DNA of 24,000 nucleotides from an uncultured Solirubrobacteraceae bacterium (GTDB lineage: Bacteria > Actinomycetota > Thermoleophilia > Solirubrobacterales > Solirubrobacteraceae). Below, piece by piece: positions 17,495-23,368 of the stretch. The stretch spans positions 446,771 through 470,770 of the forward strand of contig CAVSQM010000004.1 of assembly GCA_963730115.1 (NCBI GenBank), in the 5' to 3' direction. A model generated the notes under the pieces. That model ran no database searches. It was not told the origin of the DNA and saw nothing but the letters and a program-made list of their open reading frames with translations. Within the stretch, counting starts at the first letter, position 1; each line of letters begins with the position of its first letter. The translations under genes and the position numbers were made by a program.

Positions 17495-18118
17495 GTGGCG
17501 CTCGTCCGCGACTTCCCGCTGTTCCCGCTCGGCCTCGTCGCGCTGCCGACCGAGCTGATCCCGCTTCACATCTTCGAGGAGCGCTACAAGACGATGGTCG
17601 CGCGCGTGCTCGAGGAGGAGGGCGAGTTCGGGATCGTGTGGGTCGCCGACGACGGGCTGCGCGAGATCGGCTGCGCGTGCGAGATCGCCGAGGTGCTGGA
17701 GCGGATGCCCGACGGCCGGATCAACCTGGTGGCGCGAGGCACGCGGCCGTTCCGGATCGAGGCGCGGCAGGAGGAGCTCGCCTACCCGGCGGGGATCGTC
17801 GAGTTCCTCGAGGACGAAGACGAGCCGATCGACCCCGAGGCCGCCGCGGCGGCCCACGAGTCCTACGCGGAGCTCGTCGAGCAGGCGACCGACCGGACGC
17901 CGGACGCGGAGGAGATCGGCGCCATGAGCGCGTACGAGATGGCGGCCACCGTCGACTTCGGCCTCGACGCCAAGCAGGGCCTGCTCGACCTGCGCTCCGA
18001 GGCCGCCCGGCTGGCGCTCGCCGCGAAGCTGTTCCGGGCGGCGCTCAAGCGGCTCGACTTCGTCGAGCGCGCGCAGGCGCGGGCGCGCTCGAACGGGCGC
18101 GTGCGCTTCCCCTCCTAG
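17495..18118 (+). CDS. LON N-terminal (substrate-binding) domain protein
   Basis: 207-aa ORF. FPLFPLGLVALPTELIPLHIFEERYKTMV is the characteristic LON-N-domain opening. No ATPase or protease domain follows. Confidence 0.75.
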   Translation: MALVRDFPLFPLGLVALPTELIPLHIFEERYKTMVARVLEEEGEFGIVWVADDGLREIGCACEIAEVLERMPDGRINLVARGTRPFRIEARQEELAYPAGIVEFLEDEDEPIDPEAAAAAHESYAELVEQATDRTPDAEEIGAMSAYEMAATVDFGLDAKQGLLDLRSEAARLALAAKLFRAALKRLDFVERAQARARSNGRVRFPS

Positions 18119-18522
18119 GTCCGCGTGATCTTGCAGACCCGCTTCGCCACGTCGGAGGTGAAGGCGACGATGCGGCTGAACGACTTCGGGATCCCGCGCG
18201 AGCGGTCGGAGAAGCTGATCGTGCCCTCCTCCAGTCGCACGCGATAGGAGAGGATCGCGCCCTTCTCGGCCGGCAGCTCGAGCCCGAGCGCGGCCTGCTT
18301 CTGGAGGTCGCGGGCGAGCTGGCGCGCGGTCAGCAGCCGCTCGGCGCCGAGCGGCACGGCGGCCTTCTTGTTGCACCGCACGGTGCCGTCGTCGGAGACG
18401 AGCAGGCGGACGTTCGCGTTGGGGTCCTTGCCGCTGCGCACGACCTCGAACAGGTCGGCCGACGGCGCGCCGCAGCCCGCCAGCAGCACGACCGCGCCGA
18501 GCGCGGCGAGCGCGCGCCTCAC
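18115..18522 (-). CDS. Putative lipoprotein, function unknown
   Basis: This is the C-terminal 135 aa of ORF 18115-18990, starting at GTG 18522. VRRALAALGAVVLLAGCGAPS has a lipobox (LLAG-C). The GTG overlaps the upstream DsrE-like stop (GTGA). Confidence 0.6.
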   Translation of the reverse strand: MRRALAALGAVVLLAGCGAPSADLFEVVRSGKDPNANVRLLVSDDGTVRCNKKAAVPLGAERLLTARQLARDLQKQAALGLELPAEKGAILSYRVRLEEGTISFSDRSRGIPKSFSRIVAFTSDVAKRVCKITRT

Positions 18523-18869
18523 ACGACCACCAGCTGCGCGCCCTCGACCTCGCGCAGGAAGCGCGGGGTCGACATCACGCCGTCGAGCCGCGCCTCGACC
18601 GCCGCGGGGTCCGCGCCGGTCAGCTCGACCGCTGCCGCGCACGCGTACAGGCGGCAGTCCTCGAGCTCGCGCGCGGTCGCGCGCAGCTCGTGCAGCGAGC
18701 GGGAGAACGTGTCGTCGGCGGGCTCGGCGTCGTCGAGCAGCGGCCCGAGCGCGCCGAAGGAGACGAGCCCGCGCGCGGGCCGGCCCTCGGCGGCGGCCGA
18801 CACGAGCAGCGACAGGCCGGTGTAGAGCCGCTCGCGCTCGCCCGACTCCAGGATCGCGGCGATCATCAT
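18519..18869 (-). CDS. DsrE/DsrF-like (COG2210-type) sulfur-relay family protein
   Basis: 116-aa ORF. MMIAAILESGERERLYTGLSLLVSAAAEGRPARGLVSFGALGPL...CRLYACAAAVELTG...FLREVEGAQLVVV matches the small alpha/beta DsrE-like pattern with its conserved Cys. It is divergent from a TusA-like gene. Confidence 0.5.
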   Translation of the reverse strand: MMIAAILESGERERLYTGLSLLVSAAAEGRPARGLVSFGALGPLLDDAEPADDTFSRSLHELRATARELEDCRLYACAAAVELTGADPAAVEARLDGVMSTPRFLREVEGAQLVVV

Positions 18870-18880
18870 GCGGAGAGCGT

Positions 18881-19117
18881 ATGCCGCAGCTGATCGACGC
18901 CCGCGGGCTCCTGTGCCCGCTCCCCGCGCTGAAGGCCCGCCGCGCGCTGGCGGGGTTGGCCCCTGGCGAGGTGCTCGTGGTGCTGGCCACCGACCCCGAG
19001 GCGCCGGTCGACGTGGGCGCGCTGGCCGCGGAGGGCGGGCACGGGTTCGAGGCGGAGCGCTCGGGGAGTGAATGGCGCCTGACGGTGACGAAGGCTCACG
19101 TCAACTGCGCTGGGTAG
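18881..19117 (+). CDS. TusA/SirA-family sulfurtransferase-like protein
   Basis: 78 aa from ATG 18881: MPQLIDARGLLCPLPALKARRALAGLAPGEVLVVLATDPEAPVDV..., with the CPxP active-site motif. The last 6 codons and the stop lie inside repeat copy B. Confidence 0.75.
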   Translation: MPQLIDARGLLCPLPALKARRALAGLAPGEVLVVLATDPEAPVDVGALAAEGGHGFEAERSGSEWRLTVTKAHVNCAG

Positions 19118-19241
19118 CGATCGGGTTCGATACCCCGTGGAGCCCACGAGTGTCAGCTCGATAGGCCCACAGCCCGATCGAGGTGACATTCGTCGCCTCG
19201 GTGGCACCCGCACCCGATCCCTACCCAGCCGCCGTTGACGT
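19098..19241. repeat. Imperfect-palindromic intergenic repeat, copy B (~144 nt)
   Basis: It has the same termini and internal blocks as 11171-11316, and its arms are self-complementary (e.g. GATCGGGT/ACCCGATC, CACGAGTGTCAGCTCGAT/ATCGAGGTGACATTCGT). The apical sequence differs from copy A but still pairs. Confidence 0.8.
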
Positions 19242-19303
19242 TCGCCGGCGCCACCAACAAACACTCCGGCTAGCCGTACCAATCGCCCCACCGACATCCG
19301 CTA

Positions 19304-19332
19304 CTTTATCGATACAGTCTTAATCGATCCAG
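19304..19332. promoter_or_regulatory. Two tandem 14-bp CG-centred palindromic boxes (LacI-family operator-like)
   Basis: CTTTATCGATACAG (19304-19317) and CTTAATCGATCCAG (19319-19332) give the consensus CTTWATCGATMCAG. This is the most AT-rich patch of the window and lies ~130 bp upstream of the LacI-family gene. Confidence 0.4.
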
Positions 19333-19343
19333 AAAGGCTCCCC

Positions 19344-19448
19344 GTGTACCTCACCGGCGTCCCCATCCTCGACATCACCGGCCCCAACTCCCTCGCCCGC
19401 TCCGCGCTTCCGCACGCCCCGATCCGGCGGGAGCGCCGCCGCAAGTAG
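19344..19448 (+). CDS. Candidate small ORF (34 aa) between the operator-like boxes and the LacI gene
   Basis: GTG 19344 to TAG 19446-19448 encodes VYLTGVPILDITGPNSLARSALPHAPIRRERRRK. Of 34 sense codons, 33 end in G or C. AAAGG lies 7 nt upstream. No homology was recognised. Confidence 0.2.
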   Translation: MYLTGVPILDITGPNSLARSALPHAPIRRERRRK

Positions 19449-19459
19449 GCTCGGCGCCC

Positions 19460-20644
19460 GTGGGAGACCGGGTGACGCTGCAGACCCTCGCCGACCGGCT
19501 CGGCGTCTCCCGCACCACCGCGTCGAACGCGTTCAACCGGCCCGACCAGCTGAACCCGGCGCTGCGCGAGAAGGTCCTCGCGCTCGCGGCCGAGCTCGGC
19601 TACGCGGGGCCCGACCCGGCCGGGCGGGCCCTGCGGTCCGGCCGGGCCGGCGCGATCGGCGTCCTCCTGACCGAGCGGCTCTCCTACGCGTTCGCCGATC
19701 CCGCCGCGGTGGCGACGCTGCGCGGCCTCGCCGTCGAGGCCGAGCAGTTCGGCATCTCGCTCTCGCTCCTCCCCGCCCCGCTCAGCGACGGCGTCGCCGA
19801 CCCCGCGGCCGTCCGGCACGCGCTCGTCGACGCCTGCTTCGTCTACGCGCTCCCCGCCGGCCACCCGAGCGTGCAGGCGGCGCTCGACCGGCACCTCCCG
19901 GTCGTCGTCTGCGACACGCCGCAGCTCGCCGGCGTCCCGTTCGTCTCGATCGACGACCGCGGCGGCGCCCGCGCCGCCGCGCAGCACGTGCTCGACCTCG
20001 GCCACCGCCGGCTCGTGATCGTCTCGCTGCGGATGCGCGACGACGGGCACCTCGGCTTCGCCGACGTCAACCGCCGCTGCGACCCCGCCTACCGCGTCAC
20101 CGCCGAGCGCCTCGGCGGCTACGAGGACGCGCTGACCGGCGCCGGCATCGGCTGGGACGAGGTGCCCGCCTACGAGGTCAACCAGAACGCCCGCGCGCTC
20201 GCCCGCGAGGCCCTGCCGGCGCTGCTCGAGCACCAGCCGACCGCGATCCTCGCGATGTCCGACGAGCTCGCGCTCGGCATCGTCGACGGCGCCCGCGCGG
20301 CCGGCATCGACGTGCCGCACGAGCTGTCGGTCGTCGGCTTCGACGACGCGCCACCCGCCGCGCCCCGACGCCTCACCACGATCCGCCAGCCGCTCGTCGA
20401 GAAGGGCCGCACCGCCGGCCGCATGCTGCTCGAGGCGATCGAGGGCGGCACGCCGGCGGACGTCGCCCTGCCGACCACGCTGGTCGTCCGCGAATCCACC
20501 GCGGAGCCGCTTGAGGCGGTGACCACCGCGCCGCCCCGGCGGGGGTCGCCGGCGCCGACCATGTCGCCGGACGCCGGGTCGCGGCGGACCGCCTGGGCGC
20601 CGCCGAAGAAGACGTTGAGCGACTCGAACAGGGCGACCTCGTAG
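19460..20644 (+). CDS. LacI-family transcriptional regulator (ORF as written; homology ends ~20503, expected stop missing)
   Basis: The HTH is VTLQTLADRLGVSRTTASNAFNRPDQLNPALREKVLALAAELGY, followed by a periplasmic-binding-protein-like core (ILAMSDELALGIVDGARAAGIDVPHELSVVGFDD...TTIRQPL...LVVREST). Start is GTG 19460 or GTG 19472 (GGGAG 5 nt upstream). The tail after ~20505 is antisense to the GGT gene and looks non-genuine. Confidence 0.8.
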   Translation: MGDRVTLQTLADRLGVSRTTASNAFNRPDQLNPALREKVLALAAELGYAGPDPAGRALRSGRAGAIGVLLTERLSYAFADPAAVATLRGLAVEAEQFGISLSLLPAPLSDGVADPAAVRHALVDACFVYALPAGHPSVQAALDRHLPVVVCDTPQLAGVPFVSIDDRGGARAAAQHVLDLGHRRLVIVSLRMRDDGHLGFADVNRRCDPAYRVTAERLGGYEDALTGAGIGWDEVPAYEVNQNARALAREALPALLEHQPTAILAMSDELALGIVDGARAAGIDVPHELSVVGFDDAPPAAPRRLTTIRQPLVEKGRTAGRMLLEAIEGGTPADVALPTTLVVRESTAEPLEAVTTAPPRRGSPAPTMSPDAGSRRTAWAPPKKTLSDSNRATS

Positions 20645-21984
20645 CCGGCGGTGGCGAGCGCGTCGGCGTCCGCTCCCGGCTCGGCGTAGACCGTCCCGGC
20701 CTCCCAGTGCACGCGCGGCGCCTCGACCGCGTCGACGAGGCTGAGCCCGCGGTCGATGACGCCGAGGATCACCTGCAGGATCGCCGAGCGGATGCGGTTC
20801 GAGCCCGCCGAGCCGAGCGCGAGCAGCACCTCGCCGTCGCGCTCCACCACCGTCGGCGCCATCATCGACGGCAGCCGCCGCCCCGGCGGGTGGGTGAAGA
20901 AGCCGAGCGGCGAGAGGTCCTCCTCGCCCATCATGTTGTTGAGGTGGATGCCGGTGCCGGGCACGATCACGCCCGAGCCCTCGCCGTTCGTGCACGTGAC
21001 CGCGCACGCCCGGCCGTCGCCGTCGAGCACCGAGATGTGCGTGGTCGAGCCGAGCTGGGAGGCCATGAACTCCTCGAGGAAGCCCGGCCGCGCGAGCCCT
21101 TCGAGGAACTCCGGCGTCCGCGCGCGCTGCGCCGCCTCCATCGCCGCCACCAGCTCCACCTCGCTGGGCGGACCGGCATCGCGCTCGAGCAGCGCGAGCA
21201 CGAAGGCGATGAGGATCCCGCCCGCCGACGGCGGCGGGTTGGTGAACACGTCGTGCCCGCGGTAGCGCACGCGGATCGGCTCGCGCGGGGTCGCCTCGTA
21301 GGCCGCGAGGTCGGCGAGCGTCAGCGTGCCCCCGCCTTCCGCCACGCGCTCGACGGCCGCCGCCGCGATGTCGCCCGTGTAGAACGGCGCCGCGCCCTCG
21401 GCGCCCAGCCGCTCGAGGGTGTCGGCCATCTCCGGGTCGGAGAGCACGTCGCCCTCGCGCGCCACGCGGTCGCCGAGCCAGTACTTCTCGCGCGCCTCCG
21501 GGCTCGAGCGGGTCAGCGGCGCGAGCAGGTCGAAGATGTAGGCCTGCTGCGCGTTGACCTCGACCCCCGCGCGCGCCAGCGCCGCGGCGGGCGCGACGAG
21601 CTCGGGCAGCGGCACCGACCCGTAGCGCGCGTGCGCCGCGCAGATCCCGGCCGGCGTGCCGTAGACCCCGCACGCGGCGGCGCCGACGTGGAACACCTGC
21701 GCGACCGTCCCGAAGAACACCTCGGCCGCCTCGAGCGGCGCGCGCGCCGACGGGTCGGCGCCGTCACCGGGCGCGGCCACGAAGAAGTCGAGCAGCGCCG
21801 GCTCCTCACCCGGCTCGGCGACGAGCATGTAGCCGCCGGCGCCGAGCCCGGTGAGCTGCGGCTCGGCCACGAACGATGCGGCCATGGCGGCGAGCGCCGC
21901 ATCGACCGCGTTGCCGCCGGCGCGCAGCACCTGCGCGCCGGCGTCGGCGGTGAGCGGATGGCCCGCGGCAACGACGCCCTTCAT
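20170..21984 (-). CDS. Gamma-glutamyltransferase family protein, cytoplasmic YwrD-like (ORF as written; homology ends ~20510, expected stop missing)
   Basis: It begins MKGVVAAGHPLTADAGAQVLRAGGNAVDAA with no signal peptide. It has the autoprocessing/nucleophile context QLGSTTHISVLD and LNNMMGEED, ending in GGAQAV..GAGDPRRGGAVV. The following ~110 aa are a low-complexity antisense read-through of the LacI gene. Confidence 0.8.
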   Translation of the reverse strand: MKGVVAAGHPLTADAGAQVLRAGGNAVDAALAAMAASFVAEPQLTGLGAGGYMLVAEPGEEPALLDFFVAAPGDGADPSARAPLEAAEVFFGTVAQVFHVGAAACGVYGTPAGICAAHARYGSVPLPELVAPAAALARAGVEVNAQQAYIFDLLAPLTRSSPEAREKYWLGDRVAREGDVLSDPEMADTLERLGAEGAAPFYTGDIAAAAVERVAEGGGTLTLADLAAYEATPREPIRVRYRGHDVFTNPPPSAGGILIAFVLALLERDAGPPSEVELVAAMEAAQRARTPEFLEGLARPGFLEEFMASQLGSTTHISVLDGDGRACAVTCTNGEGSGVIVPGTGIHLNNMMGEEDLSPLGFFTHPPGRRLPSMMAPTVVERDGEVLLALGSAGSNRIRSAILQVILGVIDRGLSLVDAVEAPRVHWEAGTVYAEPGADADALATAGYEVALFESLNVFFGGAQAVRRDPASGDMVGAGDPRRGGAVVTASSGSAVDSRTTSVVGRATSAGVPPSIASSSMRPAVRPFSTSGWRIVVRRRGAAGGASSKPTTDSSCGTSMPAARAPSTMPSASSSDIARIAVGWCSSSAGRASRASARAFWLTS

Positions 21985-21992
21985 GGGCGGGG

Positions 21993-21998
21993 AATGTA
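21993..21998 (-). promoter_or_regulatory. -10-like TACATT 8 nt upstream of the GGT ATG (leaderless-type)
   Basis: The minus strand reads ..CACTACATTCCCCGCCCATG. There is no Shine-Dalgarno sequence, and the hexamer lies just downstream of the ftsZ terminator hairpin. Confidence 0.3.
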
Positions 21999-22010
21999 GT
22001 GCCGCCCGGT

Positions 22011-22037
22011 CCCGGCCGAAGGATCCCTTCGGCCGGG
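22011..22037 (-). terminator. Perfect 12-bp GC-rich hairpin 8 nt downstream of the ftsZ stop
   Basis: CCCGGCCGAAGG-ATC-CCTTCGGCCGGG. It lies between the ftsZ stop (22046-22048) and the GGT start (21984). There is no U-tract. Confidence 0.55.
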
Positions 22038-22045
22038 CGCGGCGC

Positions 22046-23368
22046 CTAGAACCTCGGGATGAATTCGGGGACGTCGACGTCGATACGCGCCGACGGCCGG
22101 CCGTTGCGCGTCACGCGCGGCTCGCCCCGCGGCTCGGAGAAGCCGGACAGCCCGCGCCCCTCCTCCTCGCGGCGCGGCGGCCGGCGGTCGCCGTAGCCCG
22201 TCGCCACGACGGTGATCCAGACCTCGTCCTCGAGCTTGTCGTCGAGCATCGCCCCGAAGATGATGTTGGCCTCCGGGTGCGCCGCCTCCTGGACGGTCTT
22301 CGCGGCCTCGTTGACCTCCCACAGCGAGAGGTCGCGGCCGCCGGTGATCGACAGCAGGATCGAGCGCGCGCCCTCGACCGACGTCTCCAGCAGCGGCGAC
22401 TCGACGGCCTGACGTGCCGCGTCGACCGCCCGCGTCTCGCCGGTGCCCATGCCGATGCCGAGCAGCGCGTTGCCGGCGTCGGCCATGATCGTCCGCACGT
22501 CGGCGAAGTCGAGGTTGATCAGGCCCGGGAGCGTGATCAGGTCCGAGATGCCCTGGACGCCCTGGCGCAGGACGTCGTCGGCGACCCGGAACGCCTCGAC
22601 CATCGAGGTGTTCTTCTCGAGCACCGAGAGCAGGCGGTTGTTCGGCACCACGATGAGGGTGTCGACCTCCTCGCGCAGGGCCTCGATGCCCTTCTCGGCC
22701 GCGGCCAGGCGGCGCGAGCCCTCGAAGCCGAACGGCTTGGTGACCACGCCGACCGTCAACGCGCCGAGCTCGCGCGCGATCCGCGCGACCACCGGAGCGG
22801 CGCCCGTGCCGGTGCCCCCGCCCTCGCCGGCGGTGATGAACACCATGTCGGAGCCCTTGAGCAGCGACTTCGTGCGGTCGTAGTCCTCCATCGCGGCCGT
22901 GCGGCCGAGATCGGGATCGGAGCCGGAGCCCAGACCGCGCGTCGACTCGTTGCCGATCTGCAGGCACACGTGCGCGTCGGCGGACTGCAGCGACTGCGCG
23001 TCGGTGTTGACGGCGATGAACTCGACGCCCGACACCTCGGCCTCGATCATCCGGTTGACGGCGTTGACGCCGGCGCCGCCGACGCCGATGACGCGCAGCT
23101 GCGGCTTGCCGACCGGGCCCGCGCCGTCCCAGCTCGAGTACGGCTGCTCGACCGGCGGCGGCTCGGCGCGCGGCGGAGCCATCAGGTTCTCCGGCAGGTC
23201 CGAGGAGAAGGCGTGGCGCAGCCGCTCCTGCGGCGACGGGATCTTCCGCTGCTCGTCCTCGCCGGCAGGCTCGGCAGCCACGGGACTCTCTTCCAGCCCC
23301 TCCGTCTCCGTCTTGCGGAACAGGGCGGCGAGGGGGCCCTCGCGCATGCTCGCCCGCTTACCTGCCAT
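22046..23368 (-). CDS. ftsZ: Cell division protein FtsZ with an unusual ~90-aa N-terminal extension
   Basis: 440-aa ORF with VIGVGGAGVNAVNRM, FIAVNTDAQSL, the tubulin signature ITAGEGGGTGTGAAPVVA, NLDFADV and the C-terminal peptide DVPEFIPRF. AAGGAGG (23384-23378) lies 9 nt upstream of ATG 23368. Confidence 0.9.
   Translation of the reverse strand: MAGKRASMREGPLAALFRKTETEGLEESPVAAEPAGEDEQRKIPSPQERLRHAFSSDLPENLMAPPRAEPPPVEQPYSSWDGAGPVGKPQLRVIGVGGAGVNAVNRMIEAEVSGVEFIAVNTDAQSLQSADAHVCLQIGNESTRGLGSGSDPDLGRTAAMEDYDRTKSLLKGSDMVFITAGEGGGTGTGAAPVVARIARELGALTVGVVTKPFGFEGSRRLAAAEKGIEALREEVDTLIVVPNNRLLSVLEKNTSMVEAFRVADDVLRQGVQGISDLITLPGLINLDFADVRTIMADAGNALLGIGMGTGETRAVDAARQAVESPLLETSVEGARSILLSITGGRDLSLWEVNEAAKTVQEAAHPEANIIFGAMLDDKLEDEVWITVVATGYGDRRPPRREEEGRGLSGFSEPRGEPRVTRNGRPSARIDVDVPEFIPRF

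Noticed and set aside
13969-18376. Very long minus-strand ORFs 13969-16116 (715 aa), 15324-17378 (684 aa) and 16103-18376 (757 aa), considered as single large proteins
   Set aside because: Only the C-terminal part of each shows homology (GH57, methyltransferase, photolyase). The N-terminal parts are Arg-rich read-through of the upstream gene in another frame. Internal GTG starts that overlap the preceding stop (GTGA) give proteins of normal family length.
18866-19297. 143-aa minus-strand ORF spanning repeat copy B and the TusA-like gene
   Set aside because: It is antisense to a well-supported TusA-like CDS and runs through the palindromic repeat. It has no recognisable motifs and an Arg-rich composition.
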